Virus record (IMG/VR): IMGVR_UViG_3300047546_001496
Location: 31,379 to 95,378 of that record
Source of the DNA: a virus
DNA: 64,000 nt
Reading direction: 5' to 3' (one strand)
Shown here: positions 38,130 through 48,758 of the stretch, piece by piece
Layout: each line of letters begins with the position of its first letter
How positions within the stretch are numbered: the first letter of the stretch is position 1
Made by a program: the position numbers and the translations under genes
The notes under the pieces: generated by a model
What the model was told of the DNA's origin: nothing
What the model saw: the letters and a program-made list of their open reading frames with translations, nothing else
Databases searched by the model: none

Positions 38130-38981
38130 CTATACCGCCCCAATTTTATCCTTATATCCCCAGATACCCCTAAACTCTCTATCTTCTGGTCTAAAACCAC
38201 CTGTAACGGCATGGGCTAACTTGAACATATCTGGTATGACTAAGTCCCCCTGTTGCCACTTATGGACAATACGTATATCCTCATTATTCCAGATAATATC
38301 TTCAATCTTTCTAACCACAATCTCAAAATGATCTAAATTGTCCTGTGTTGGCACTTCACCTTTATAAGATACAAGTTTGACAATATGTGGTTTGGGCAAT
38401 AGGGTAAGTCTGATAATTGGTTTGTTCGTTAGCCAGTGTTCGGTAACAATAGGATAGTTATCTGCAAAGTTTAATGTGCTACTTGCAAAACCATGTTTTA
38501 ATTGTGCCTCTTTTAGAAAGTCTGGCTCAGTAATTCTACATCCCAAAAGAAAGTCTTTTTCCTCATCTGTAAGCATTTCAAAAACCACATTAGTATCAAC
38601 AAAATAAGTTTTGCCATTTTCATTGTCTGTCTTGAAATTATACATATTCCAAGTAGAGGCTACGATAGGGTTAACATAATAGGTATGTTCAACATGCCAC
38701 TCTACAATAATATCATCTGGTCCAGATTTTATTTCTGACTTCCGCTCATGATTTTCTATGTATTTACTTTCATCATTGATTAAATACCACCCAATTAATT
38801 CACCTAATTTTTTAGCAAAAGCAAATTGTTCTTTTTCAGTTAGATTGGCATTTCTAAAACATATAACAGAATCATTAATAAGTTTATTTTTATAGTAATT
38901 AGCATTATCCAATACCTGATCAATTCCAGGAAATTCTATAGGCTCTACATATTTCATTTTTTTTCTCCTTTGGCTGTGCAA
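38130..38981 (-). CDS. TauD/TfdA-family dioxygenase
   Basis: WHVE...GKTYFVD...HKWQQGDLVIPD...HA. Confidence 0.8.
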   Translation of the reverse strand: MHSQRRKKMKYVEPIEFPGIDQVLDNANYYKNKLINDSVICFRNANLTEKEQFAFAKKLGELIGWYLINDESKYIENHERKSEIKSGPDDIIVEWHVEHTYYVNPIVASTWNMYNFKTDNENGKTYFVDTNVVFEMLTDEEKDFLLGCRITEPDFLKEAQLKHGFASSTLNFADNYPIVTEHWLTNKPIIRLTLLPKPHIVKLVSYKGEVPTQDNLDHFEIVVRKIEDIIWNNEDIRIVHKWQQGDLVIPDMFKLAHAVTGGFRPEDREFRGIWGYKDKIGAV

Positions 38982-39337
38982 GGCTCTTCTACCCTATGGG
39001 CTACATATGCCCCACAACGACAAGATGTTGTAGTGCATTGACAATCCCAGGTTCTTGTCTGCTTGTCTGGCTCATCATTAATAACATCACATGGCTCATC
39101 TGCTGGATGGGTAATGTAGTCACCGCATGGACAAAACCCAGGTGCATCATTACAAACAGTTGGATCTATATCAGCATAGGTGCTTACTTCAGGTGGAAAT
39201 GGTAATTTATTTTTATTTTCTTCAGTTACTAAAGTAAAAATAATTGATTGACAAGCACCACAGATCAAACCATTTTCTATTTCTGAAGAAATATGATTGC
39301 CACAATTATTACATCTATATATATATTCCATTATCAT
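38954..39337 (-). CDS. Cys-rich hypothetical protein
   Basis: CxxC pairs and a duplicated C.CG.Y..H...EPC. Confidence 0.55.
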   Translation of the reverse strand: MIMEYIYRCNNCGNHISSEIENGLICGACQSIIFTLVTEENKNKLPFPPEVSTYADIDPTVCNDAPGFCPCGDYITHPADEPCDVINDEPDKQTRTWDCQCTTTSCRCGAYVAHRVEEPCTAKGEKK

Positions 39338-39451
39338 TAGTATATCAGATAGGCAATGTAGATTATATTTACCCTTATTGCTCGTTTAGAGCATGAATAG
39401 GGTATTTATTTCTATTTACCGCCGAATTTAAAACCTGCTATAATTGAACAT

Positions 39452-40201
39452 ATGAATGATAATCTATCCATCGCCGAACTTCAAAAAATTTGGGAACCCC
39501 GCAAAGAGTACATCGAAAAAGATCTTTGGGTAATCCGCAATTTTTTAACACAAGAAGAGTTAGATTTACTTAATAAAGAAGCAAATGATCCAGAAGGTTG
39601 GTATCCTACAATGCGCTCACCTTATGGACAAAATACAAAAAATAAATTTATAGGATATATTCCAGAATATACTGAAACTGGCGAACTACTTGTTCCTCAT
39701 GCAGGATCAAAATGGAAGGATAGAGACTGGATGTCTTTAATTGAAAAAAGAATAGAGGCCGTTGTGCCAAAATATTTTGGTGGCGCAGGCGCTTTGCAAT
39801 CTTTTTTTGAAGTTTCTGATGAAGATATATTTAAAGAAATAGGATATATTCCAGACTTTGCAATGAATTGGCATTATGAAAGAGATCATGACGACGATGA
39901 AGAATCTCAAAAAACTGTAGTTGAACATTCTAAAACTCAAGGAAAACAAATACTAAGTAAAGGTAAAATTTCAGCATCCTTTAATGTTTATATTAATGAT
40001 AATTTTGATGGTGGAATTCTTGAGTTTCAAAATAAAGATTATGTTATTAAACCAGAAGTTGGTATGCTTGTAAATATTCCAATTTATAAAGAGTTTATGC
40101 ATAGAGTTACTAAGGTTACTAATGGCAATAGACATACTATTTATGGAAGATGTTGGGATACCCCTGATGGTAAATATTTTTCAACAAATGAAGATTGTTA
40201 A
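39452..40201 (+). CDS. 2OG-Fe(II) oxygenase
   Basis: WHYE...YINDNFDGG.LEF...HRVTKVTNGNR. Confidence 0.8.
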   Translation: MNDNLSIAELQKIWEPRKEYIEKDLWVIRNFLTQEELDLLNKEANDPEGWYPTMRSPYGQNTKNKFIGYIPEYTETGELLVPHAGSKWKDRDWMSLIEKRIEAVVPKYFGGAGALQSFFEVSDEDIFKEIGYIPDFAMNWHYERDHDDDEESQKTVVEHSKTQGKQILSKGKISASFNVYINDNFDGGILEFQNKDYVIKPEVGMLVNIPIYKEFMHRVTKVTNGNRHTIYGRCWDTPDGKYFSTNEDC

Positions 40202-40431
40202 TGAATAAGCGCACATTAAAAGACGGAACTGAAGTACCTTCATATGATCACCCAATTGATCTTATTATTCATACCAAGGCTCCCGCTAAATGGAAACTAA
40301 TAGACCTTGAGACAGGGCAAGAATATATAGGTTCTGAAATAACACACCCATCCTTTGGAGAAATGTTAAGACAAAGGGTTATGGAGTGTAAAATAGGCTC
40401 TTGGATCAAGACAAAATATAAGGATAAATAG
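40201..40431 (+). CDS. Hypothetical protein
   Basis: HTKAPAKWKLIDLETG. Confidence 0.6.
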   Translation: MNKRTLKDGTEVPSYDHPIDLIIHTKAPAKWKLIDLETGQEYIGSEITHPSFGEMLRQRVMECKIGSWIKTKYKDK

Positions 40432-41552
40432 TAGTGTTATAATGGGTTTGCCATGTTATCTCACGAAGCCCTTGTCCAAACCATCTCAGATGTCATTTAC
40501 GACCACATAAAGGGCAAACATAAAGATAAGATAGCCAGAGATCTGGCAGAACAGATTATTGATATTTTAGATTTAGATGAGCCAGAAAGTTGGTATACAC
40601 ATGGGTAAGTTAACATTAAATGTTTTATGTTATAGGTGTGGGGTTATGTTTACGGTTTCTGTAGATACCCCGAACATTATGCAGTCTTGTCCAAGATGCT
40701 ATAATAAATAGATGACAAAATGTTTTTATTGTGATGATAAGGCAGAGTTTAACCAGCCTGAAAAAGAAACTGGCAAGATTATAGATGTGTGCAAAAAGCA
40801 CTTTACTTGGATGCATGCTGGATAGGAGAAACCATGAATACCGAAGAATGGCCATATAAAACAAAGAAAAAGTTTGTTATTTTTATGGGCTTAATAGTAC
40901 TATCATTTATAATTCTTGGACTTTTAAGTTAAACTTTACAAACTAAGTCTTTTACGCTATAATAGATAGATGAGCGAAAAAGATAAGGTAGATTGGATGA
41001 TGTCTCCTGAGTTTAAAGAGGCATACTGGGCACTTAAAAAAAATAAAGCACTGATTAATTCTACATATAGAGGTACATCAGCATATAAAAAATATGATTA
41101 TAAGATGCAAACAAAAAGAAAAAATGGTCCAATGTCATGAGTAATAAAGTTGTTATATGCAATGTTTGTAAAAAAGAAATTGAAGTTAGATGGGGTATTT
41201 TTGCTCATGATACACTTAGTAGACATATGAAGGAGCACAAGTGAAGCCATATAAGTTTCCAGATCCAGATTACGAAGGGTATGAAATCGAGATTCCTGTC
41301 CCAGTAGTCAAAGATATTATTCTTGATTATTTAAGAAAAACTTATTATTGGTCGGTGGCAATACTATCTGCTATGGTTGGATTTTTAGTTGGAGTATTAG
41401 TAAAGTGATTACACAAAAACAATTTAAACAATTAGATAAACAGATGGTTGTTAGTCTTTTTACTGACTGCCCTGAAAAATTTTTGTTGGTAGACAGAGAA
41501 ACAGGTAATGTATTTATAGCCAGAGAAACTGGAGAATGGGAGTTAATTCGAG

Positions 41553-41897
41553 ATGGATCTATCAGATAAAGATATAAGAATTGACAATTCTCGTCCTCCA
41601 TTAAGATGGATTGCAAATTTATTTGGTTCGATATCTTGTTGGGCTATTTTGCGTCTTGCATATTTAGATGAAGATGAAAATTTTGGGTTTAGATATAAAG
41701 TATTTTCTTTTATACATAATCTTACATGGCCTTTATATCACAAGTATGGGACTTTTTATACATGGCTTGGAGATTTAGGTGGAAAAGGTTGGGACGATTA
41801 TGATAAAAATGGTCATCCCTATTGGCTTTATACAGAGTGGCAAGAAGATCCAGTTACTGGTGACGCTTGGCGATTAGTTAACAAAGGAGATAAATAA
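41553..41897 (+). CDS. Hypothetical protein
   Basis: 114-aa ORF in a plus-strand operon. Confidence 0.55.
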   Translation: MDLSDKDIRIDNSRPPLRWIANLFGSISCWAILRLAYLDEDENFGFRYKVFSFIHNLTWPLYHKYGTFYTWLGDLGGKGWDDYDKNGHPYWLYTEWQEDPVTGDAWRLVNKGDK

Positions 41898-41898
41898 T

Positions 41899-42090
41899 AT
41901 GCAATGTGGTTGTGGGTTTTCTACAGAGTATCCAATGTGTAACGGTACACACAAAGTTGTAAAAGAAGTTAAAGAGAAAATTATTGCAGCAATTGAGGCT
42001 ATCCCAACAGAAAGTAATGGTGCTCAATTAAATGCAATTGGTATGAGAATGCTTGCTATTGAGGCTATTAAAAAGACAAAAGGTATTTAA
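41899..42090 (+). CDS. CDGSH iron-sulfur domain protein
   Basis: CGCGFSTEYPMCNGTH matches CxCxxSxxxPxC(D/N)G(S/T)H. Confidence 0.8.
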   Translation: MQCGCGFSTEYPMCNGTHKVVKEVKEKIIAAIEAIPTESNGAQLNAIGMRMLAIEAIKKTKGI

Positions 42091-42857
42091 TGAGTGAAAA
42101 TATAATTAAGTTTCATTCATGTCATCCATCTAACAATATTAATAATTTGTATAGGCCAGAACCTGTGCAAAAACATATACCTAAATGGTTTTTAGATAAG
42201 GATAAACATGCTCAAAATCCAGATGGAACATATAAAATTGATTTTTTTCGCAATAGAGAAACCGATGCTTACGAAGTACATAGAATCCCATCTTGGAAAT
42301 CTTGTCCTGCAATATTAGATATTTTTAGTTCTGGATACTATCTTTTTACTCCTTGTGATATAACATTTAAAGAAAATTTAGAAATAGAATATGATGATGA
42401 TTGGAAAAGTATTGGTGGATCTTGGGCATTTTGTTTTCCAAGAGGGGATGAGGCAGATATGCCAACACCCTACGGTTACTCAACACAAACCTTTGCATGG
42501 CACCCTAATTGGTTTATGGAAGTTCCTAAAGGATATACTGTTCTATTTACTCACCCCATGAATATACACGAGTTACCATTTAGGACTATGTCTGGATTTA
42601 TAGATGCATCAAATATTTTAACTGGAAGCGGAAATGCCTCTTTTTATATTCAGGAAAACTGGACTGGAACCATACCTGCTGGAACTCCATATGCTCAGGT
42701 AATTCCAATTAAAAATGATGCATGGGTGTCTGAAATAGTTGATCATACAAATGAAGAAATTTTAGATCATAGGAATACCAAATCAGAAAATTATCTTATT
42801 GGGCCAGGTATAACTAAATATAAGCAACTTGACTGGCTTAAAAAACATTATAAGTGA
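42090..42857 (+). CDS. Conserved phage protein (WKxCPAIxD..GY family)
   Basis: WKSCPAILDIFSSGY...IPAGTPYAQVIP. Confidence 0.7.
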   Translation: MSENIIKFHSCHPSNNINNLYRPEPVQKHIPKWFLDKDKHAQNPDGTYKIDFFRNRETDAYEVHRIPSWKSCPAILDIFSSGYYLFTPCDITFKENLEIEYDDDWKSIGGSWAFCFPRGDEADMPTPYGYSTQTFAWHPNWFMEVPKGYTVLFTHPMNIHELPFRTMSGFIDASNILTGSGNASFYIQENWTGTIPAGTPYAQVIPIKNDAWVSEIVDHTNEEILDHRNTKSENYLIGPGITKYKQLDWLKKHYK

Positions 42858-42901
42858 GCACTTGACAACTACCCCCATTCTGTTCTATAATTAAATATTC
42901 A

Positions 42902-42975
42902 GGAGCAGTAGCCAAGTTGGTCAAGGCCCCGAACTCATAATTCGGCTATCGTAGGTTCAAGTCCTACCTGCTCTA
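42902..42975 (+). tRNA. tRNA with CAT anticodon (elongator Met or Ile2)
   Basis: Cloverleaf; CCGAA-CTCATAA-TTCGG; lacks the initiator GGG/CCC stem. Confidence 0.9.
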
Positions 42976-42981
42976 CTGTAT

Positions 42982-43054
42982 ACCCTCGTAACTCAGTGGA
43001 TAGAGTAGCGGACTTCTAATCCGTTTGTCGTTGGTTCAAATCCAATCGAGGGTG
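42982..43054 (+). tRNA. tRNA-Arg(TCT)
   Basis: Cloverleaf; GCGGA-CTTCTAA-TCCGT. Confidence 0.92.
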
Positions 43055-43069
43055 CTACAATAGAATAAT

Positions 43070-43142
43070 TGATCTGTAGTTCAGTTGGTAGAACACTCGA
43101 CTGTTAATCGAGATGTCGCAGGATCGAGACCTGCCAGATCAG
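43070..43142 (+). tRNA. tRNA-Asn(GTT)
   Basis: Cloverleaf; CTCGA-CTGTTAA-TCGAG; atypical T loop ATCGAGA. Confidence 0.88.
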
Positions 43143-43169
43143 CAAAAACATGTAAGGTATAATTGAAAT

Positions 43170-44024
43170 ATGAAAATTTATTATTTTGGTGGACAGGCTT
43201 CAATTTATGCAACAAATATAGATCAACTTGAAGACGCTCATTGCGATGGTATTTTATTTACATATAGACAATTACAAGGTGATTTTTTTACTATCATTGC
43301 AAGAACCCTAAATAAAAATCAAAAAATAAAATATATGGTTGCAATTAGACCTCATGCCTTGTCTGCACAATATTTAACAATGATAAATCAATCTATGAAT
43401 AGCATACAAAAAGATAGATTACAAATAAATATTATTGCTGGACATATTAAACCTGATGAAATTAATTTTGGTGGAATTGTTGGTCCTATAACTGATAGTT
43501 CTTCGATTCCAGATAGAACAAATTATATGATAGATTATATTCAAGAACTTGATAATATGAAAAACAATGGCATAGATATACCAGATTGTTATGTTTCTTG
43601 CACAAATAAATATTCCTTGGAAGCAGCAGCCAAACTTGATTATAAAATAATTTTTTCATATAAAGATTATAAATTTGGATATTTTTTAGATAAAAGCATT
43701 GAGGGCCAAGAAAAACCTGGAGATACTTTTAATTTGTCTGATAAAAAAATTATGTTGGCTATTTCTCCAATTATAAGAGATACTCAAGAAGAAATAGATA
43801 AAGAATTTCCAAAGGATGTGGTAGTTCATGTTTATGGCGGAACATCCTATAAAGATAGGCCTAGATTTGCAAAAGATACAGCATATTTCACATATGATAA
43901 ATTTGTTTCTTTTATTCAAGACTTAAAATCAAAGGGTATTAATGAGATACTTATTAATGGGGTTCCAGAATCTGAAAGAAATAATTTAATTAAATACATA
44001 AAAAAATATAAAGAAAATGAATAA
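43170..44024 (+). CDS. Luciferase-like (LLM) flavin monooxygenase-fold protein
   Basis: IKYMVAIRPH.LS...RLQINIIAG. Confidence 0.7.
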   Translation: MKIYYFGGQASIYATNIDQLEDAHCDGILFTYRQLQGDFFTIIARTLNKNQKIKYMVAIRPHALSAQYLTMINQSMNSIQKDRLQINIIAGHIKPDEINFGGIVGPITDSSSIPDRTNYMIDYIQELDNMKNNGIDIPDCYVSCTNKYSLEAAAKLDYKIIFSYKDYKFGYFLDKSIEGQEKPGDTFNLSDKKIMLAISPIIRDTQEEIDKEFPKDVVVHVYGGTSYKDRPRFAKDTAYFTYDKFVSFIQDLKSKGINEILINGVPESERNNLIKYIKKYKENE

Positions 44025-44063
44025 CTTGCAATATTATTTGAAATAGTATATACTTTAATGGTT

Positions 44064-44137
44064 GGTCCGTTAGTTCAGTTGGTTAGAACGCTACCCTGTC
44101 ACGGTAGAGGTCGTGAGTTCAAGTCTCATACGGATCG
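44064..44137 (+). tRNA. tRNA-Asp(GTC)
   Basis: Cloverleaf; CTACC-CTGTCAC-GGTAG. Confidence 0.92.
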
Positions 44138-44221
44138 CTGAGAAGGTAGGTGCTCTATGTGTGCCAGGGAAAAGGGAAACACATGTAAAGCAAGTTGCAA
44201 CCCTACCTTCTCCTTATTTTT

Positions 44222-44293
44222 GGCACTATCGTCTATCGGCTAGGACATCGCCCTTTCACGGCGGAAAGACGGGTTCGATTCCCGTTAGTGCTA
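44222..44293 (+). tRNA. tRNA-Glu(TTC)
   Basis: Cloverleaf; TCGCC-CTTTCAC-GGCGG. Confidence 0.92.
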
Positions 44294-44321
44294 CAATTTA
44301 ACAATATGGTATGATACATAT

Positions 44322-45005
44322 ATGGAAAAAGTATACCTAGATGAAGATAAAAAGGTTTGGATAATTGAAAACTTCCTTACTGAAGAAGAGTTAAATTGGT
44401 TCAAAAGACAAACAGATGATCCAAATGGTTGGTATCCAACAATGAGATCTCCATATAAAAATATATTAAATAAATTTTTGAATATTGTTCCTAAATATGA
44501 TGAAACTGGTAATATTATATTTCCAGATGAAAGTTCTGAAGTATTGCAATTAGAAGTTTTTACTAAACCTGGCGGAATTTGGGAAAGACTTGAGTCTGTA
44601 TTGCCACCAGTATACGGTAGACACGCAACATTACAAAGTTTTAAGTATATGACCGATGAAGAAATTAAAGAAAATGCAAATTATTCAACTCTAAATGAGT
44701 ACGGAGTTGATGTTTCAAACATAGATTTTGCTATGTATTGGCATCAGGATCCAGATGAAGAACAAAACATAATTTGCTCCTTTAGCCTTTACCTCAATGA
44801 TGATTTTGATGGTGGAGAGTTAGAGTTTGCAGAAGTCCCCATTAAATTAAAGCCGAAGGCTGGAACATTGGCTGTAATTCCTGGCGGATACAAGTATAGA
44901 CATAGGGTAAATAAGGTATTAGGGCCTAACTCAAGGCATACTCTATATGGCAATTCGTTTATAGATGCTTCTAAGATCCCTCAGAGCACCAAAGATGACT
45001 GCTAA
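44322..45005 (+). CDS. 2OG-Fe(II) oxygenase
   Basis: WHQD...YLNDDFDGGELEF...HRV; paralog of 39452..40201. Confidence 0.85.
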   Translation: MEKVYLDEDKKVWIIENFLTEEELNWFKRQTDDPNGWYPTMRSPYKNILNKFLNIVPKYDETGNIIFPDESSEVLQLEVFTKPGGIWERLESVLPPVYGRHATLQSFKYMTDEEIKENANYSTLNEYGVDVSNIDFAMYWHQDPDEEQNIICSFSLYLNDDFDGGELEFAEVPIKLKPKAGTLAVIPGGYKYRHRVNKVLGPNSRHTLYGNSFIDASKIPQSTKDDC

Positions 45006-45043
45006 AATAGTGTTATAATAATCCCATAACCCACAGGAGGTAA

Positions 45044-45859
45044 TTGATGAAATCAATTTACGATATCGAACTGGAATCAGCCGAAGGCGTTCCACACTTT
45101 ATGCAACAGTTTAAGGGCAAAGCAATCATGCTTATCAACACAACAGTTGGTTGCGGAAATGCTGGTCAAATGGAATCTATTCAGTGGATACAGGATGACC
45201 TTGCGGGAGAAGATTTCTCTGTTGTTGCAATCCCAACAAATGATTTCTGTGGACCAAGCATTACAAAAGGTAAATGGTCTAAAGGAATTGAAAAAGGTTT
45301 AGACTCAAAGGCTTATGGAGAAGATGTTTATCAAGTTACTTTTCCTTTCTCAGAAATGATTACATCCAATCCTGCAGAAATTCCATTGGAAGAGCCATGG
45401 GCTGGTAAGGGTCCAGGACTTAATGGAAATGGTCAACCTTTTGGAGAAAGACATGAACTTTATTTAGAAGTTTCAAGACAAGTTGAAGCAATTCAAAAGA
45501 AAGTAAGAGAACTTGGAATTGTTCAAAAAACAGATTATGAATCAAGATATTTAAATGAACATAATGGTGGAATTACAATGAATTGTAATTTTGAAAAATA
45601 TCTTATTGATAAAGATGGATATGTTGTAAAGCATTATCCTTGCACAACACTCAATTATGATGTTGAAAGAACTTTGAAAGAGGATCTTTTGGCAAAGGGA
45701 ATTGTTGCAACTATGGGTCCAGACAGATCTCCTTCTATTTTTGAAGAAGAAAATCGTGTTATTCGTGATCATATTCAGCGCCTTATGAATGGAGAAAAAT
45801 CAATTATTAATCCTAATAATGTGCTAATAGAAGCATTCCCAGAATTACTTGCAGTTTAA
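45044..45859 (+). CDS. Glutathione peroxidase-like protein (extended)
   Basis: NTTVGCG, IPTNDF, NFEKYLIDKDG. Confidence 0.75.
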   Translation: MMKSIYDIELESAEGVPHFMQQFKGKAIMLINTTVGCGNAGQMESIQWIQDDLAGEDFSVVAIPTNDFCGPSITKGKWSKGIEKGLDSKAYGEDVYQVTFPFSEMITSNPAEIPLEEPWAGKGPGLNGNGQPFGERHELYLEVSRQVEAIQKKVRELGIVQKTDYESRYLNEHNGGITMNCNFEKYLIDKDGYVVKHYPCTTLNYDVERTLKEDLLAKGIVATMGPDRSPSIFEEENRVIRDHIQRLMNGEKSIINPNNVLIEAFPELLAV

Positions 45860-45920
45860 TAAAATATCAACTATTTTCTCCTATGGTATACTTAATATAT
45901 AACATAGGAGAAAATTTTTT

Positions 45921-46355
45921 ATGAACATATACAATTTATCATTTACTGATAATAACAAAAATGTTATACAGTTAAAAACTTTTGAGGGTAAAGACATCCT
46001 TATTGTAAATACAGCCAGCCATTGTGGAAGTACACCGCAGTATGCTGATTTACAAAAAATACAAAGCGAGTCACTAGTAGTAATTGGATTTCCATGTAAT
46101 CAATTTGGCAATCAAGAGCCAGGAACTAATGAAGAAATCAAAAACTTTTGTACAACTAACTACGGTATAACTTTCCCAATGTCAGAAAAAATTGAAGTAA
46201 ATGGTCCAAATACCCATCCTATTTATAAATATCTTAAAGATAAGGCTAAAGGTGGACGGGACATCGAATGGAATTTTGAAAAATTTTTAATATCAAAAGA
46301 TGGATCTATTACTCATTACCCAACACCTCATCCAGTATCTGATATTGTAAAGTAA
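45921..46355 (+). CDS. Glutathione peroxidase family protein
   Basis: NTASHCG, GFPCNQFGNQEPG, WNFEKFL. Confidence 0.92.
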   Translation: MNIYNLSFTDNNKNVIQLKTFEGKDILIVNTASHCGSTPQYADLQKIQSESLVVIGFPCNQFGNQEPGTNEEIKNFCTTNYGITFPMSEKIEVNGPNTHPIYKYLKDKAKGGRDIEWNFEKFLISKDGSITHYPTPHPVSDIVK

Positions 46356-46368
46356 ATATAGATGGATT

Positions 46369-46440
46369 GCCTCCTTAACTCAGTGGTAGAGTATCCGCCT
46401 TGTAAGCGGAAAGTCGTAGGTTCAAATCCTACAGGAGGCT
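46369..46440 (+). tRNA. tRNA-Thr(TGT)
   Basis: Cloverleaf; TCCGC-CTTGTAA-GCGGA. Confidence 0.92.
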
Positions 46441-46591
46441 CAAATGAATTTAGAAAATGAAATAAAAAATATATTATTTGAAATAGGAAAAGAAATTCAG
46501 ATCCACAAACTAATTGATGGTAATCTTATTATTGAAATAGATTATGATAAATACACAATTGAAATTATGGAACTTCTGCAAAAATATTTAT

Positions 46592-47335
46592 CTAATTAGG
46601 AATCCAAAATAAAGAATCGTTATCGTATATTTTTTTGTCAAAATCAAATTTTTTATATATAACTTCTTTATCTAAACTATCTAATTTATTAAATAATTTT
46701 TCTGAAGCATTATTTTTAAAGTATTGTTTATCAATTAAAGAATTATCTAAAGTTAAATTTGTTTCTATATTTAAATCATTTAAAACTTTACTTAACAATA
46801 ATGAATAATTTATATCTTTTAAATCTTTATGTCTAATCATTAAATTAGTTCTTTGTATTCTCTGCATAATAAGATCAGTATCAAAATGCTGCTTATGATT
46901 ATATAATCTTCTTGATGTATGTAGAATTGGCTCTCCATTAGGCTCTAAAAGAAAGTTTTGTGATTGAAAATTTTTCAAATATTTTAACTCTTCTAAAATA
47001 TTAAATACCTCTTGCTTATCAATATCTAAACTATTACCATTATCTTTAACAATAAAGTTTTGATTATCGTCCATCAAACCTTGCTCACTTGCAATCATAT
47101 GTGCAACAATACTTACAAAATGTTCTGCGGGATCTCTAAAAACACTAATAACATAAGTGTTGTCATCAATACATTTATCCCAGCCACCGTGCTTAAGGAC
47201 ATTATCTGGTAGTCTAACTAACTCAATATTATTTTCTTTTAATAGATTACTAATAGGATTTAAAAGATATTTTGTTACAAACCTTCCACCAGTTTTTGGA
47301 ATATGAAGAAAGTATACTTTATTGTATTGACTCAC
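46592..47335 (-). CDS. Sulfotransferase family protein
   Basis: FLHIPKTGG (5'-PSB) and FRDP...S (3'-PB). Confidence 0.75.
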   Translation of the reverse strand: MSQYNKVYFLHIPKTGGRFVTKYLLNPISNLLKENNIELVRLPDNVLKHGGWDKCIDDNTYVISVFRDPAEHFVSIVAHMIASEQGLMDDNQNFIVKDNGNSLDIDKQEVFNILEELKYLKNFQSQNFLLEPNGEPILHTSRRLYNHKQHFDTDLIMQRIQRTNLMIRHKDLKDINYSLLLSKVLNDLNIETNLTLDNSLIDKQYFKNNASEKLFNKLDSLDKEVIYKKFDFDKKIYDNDSLFWIPN

Positions 47336-47477
47336 TTGTTATTCTTTTTTCCGTACTCTCCGTACTTGCCAAGTATTGCTTTAATAGTACCGTCTTTTCT
47401 AAGACGAACAATCATCCCATCTTTAATTTGAATAGGATTAAATTTACGATGCGGTTTATATTGACCAGAAGACATAA

Positions 47478-48221
47478 TTACCAACCTTTTATTCTTTCAG
47501 TTTTGGATATTGTTCTACCAAAACCTTCAAATAATAACTTTTCAACTGGAATACAATTAGGAACCATTTTTCCATCTTGTTCTTTCATTCCTCTTTGTAC
47601 ATATCCTTCCCAGCATGGATCTGCTTTATTTACATCCCCGCAGCAATCGCCCTTCATTTCATTGGCTTGACAAACTGGACATAAATCACAGCAAACATTC
47701 ATATCTTTACATGTAGGACATCCGCAGCCATCATAAGTACAAGGATCATTTGATGCTTGACCAACTACAGAAATATCTTCTTTAATAACTTCATTTTTAT
47801 CCATACCAATATTTTCCTCTAACGATGGCATAACTAATACTTCAGATGCTTTATGTCCAACAAAATATTCTGTTTCTTGAAGTCCTCCATTTTCAACTTC
47901 AAATAACTGAATTAATACAGCAGGTTCTGTTGGTGTAGCCTCAATTGCATATTCTGATCCTGGCATTCCAAGCATTCCTTCATTCATTACATGAACTACA
48001 CGGCCAATATGAACTTCGCCTTCTTCGTATGGTGCTATGACCATATCCCCTTCTTTGACCATAGACTTGCCTATATTGCCCTCAGAGCGGTTTATAGCGT
48101 ATATCTGTGCTGCTGCCTCTCCTTTGGTCTTATGACAGCCCATAACCTCTCCTGTGCTTGTTTTTACAGCAGGATACCCAGAGCATCCGTGAGAACCTTT
48201 TTCACCTACAGAATATGGCAT
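47478..48221 (-). CDS. Hypothetical protein with Cys-rich segment
   Basis: GCH.TK.EA..Q; DPCWEGY.Q.GMK..DGKMVPNC.P. Confidence 0.65.
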   Translation of the reverse strand: MPYSVGEKGSHGCSGYPAVKTSTGEVMGCHKTKGEAAAQIYAINRSEGNIGKSMVKEGDMVIAPYEEGEVHIGRVVHVMNEGMLGMPGSEYAIEATPTEPAVLIQLFEVENGGLQETEYFVGHKASEVLVMPSLEENIGMDKNEVIKEDISVVGQASNDPCTYDGCGCPTCKDMNVCCDLCPVCQANEMKGDCCGDVNKADPCWEGYVQRGMKEQDGKMVPNCIPVEKLLFEGFGRTISKTERIKGW

Positions 48222-48244
48222 ATTGTAATTATAGCATGTAAAAT

Positions 48245-48271
48245 GAGCAGTTTATCCACATGCTCAGGTGG
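48245..48271 (-). ncRNA. Mini-pseudoknot motif, copy 5
   Basis: CCAC-CTGAGCAT-GTGG-ataaac-TGCTC, 8 nt after the hsp20 stop. Confidence 0.7.
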
Positions 48272-48279
48272 TATTTTAT

Positions 48280-48699
48280 TTACTTGATTTTGATAGTTTT
48301 TGGTTTCTTTTCTTCGGGGATGTTTCTTTCCACAAAGACGCTAAGAATACCGTCTGCCATTTCAGCACGATCTACCTCCATATACTCTCCAAGAGCAAAG
48401 GTGCGTGTGAATTTGCGAGTTGCGATACCCTTATGGAGTACATTCTCTGTACCCTCTTCGGTTTTCTCACCCTTGACGATTAGACTTCCATTATCCACAG
48501 AAACCTCGACTTCGTCCTTGCTGAAACCAGCAATGGCCAAAGACAACTTGTAAGTGTCCTCATCGATCTTTACCACATCATATGGTGGGTAGGATTGACG
48601 AGTTGCCTCACGATGGATGTTATAGAAGCGGTCCAACTCTCTGTTGAAACCAATAAAAAAAGGATCCTTAAAAAGATCCAATGACCATGTACTTACCAT
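48280..48699 (-). CDS. hsp20: Small heat shock protein (Hsp20/IbpA family)
   Basis: YPPYD, LAIAGF, LHKGIATRKFTRTF.L, DGILSV. Confidence 0.95.
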   Translation of the reverse strand: MVSTWSLDLFKDPFFIGFNRELDRFYNIHREATRQSYPPYDVVKIDEDTYKLSLAIAGFSKDEVEVSVDNGSLIVKGEKTEEGTENVLHKGIATRKFTRTFALGEYMEVDRAEMADGILSVFVERNIPEEKKPKTIKIK

Positions 48700-48752
48700 T
48701 TTTCCTCCTTGTTAAGCGAGTCATTTTAAGTACCCCCCTTTGGGCAGGTACA
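48700..48752 (-). promoter_or_regulatory. ROSE-like RNA thermometer in the hsp20 5' UTR
   Basis: CUCGCUU pairs with AAGGAG with a bulged G; preceded by a 5' hairpin. Confidence 0.55.
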
Positions 48753-48758
48753 TATATA

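Noticed and set aside
44140-44212. SRP RNA or HDV-like ribozyme
   Set aside because: Has GCCAGG but lacks the AGCAG partner and GNRA-capped helix; no nested double pseudoknot found
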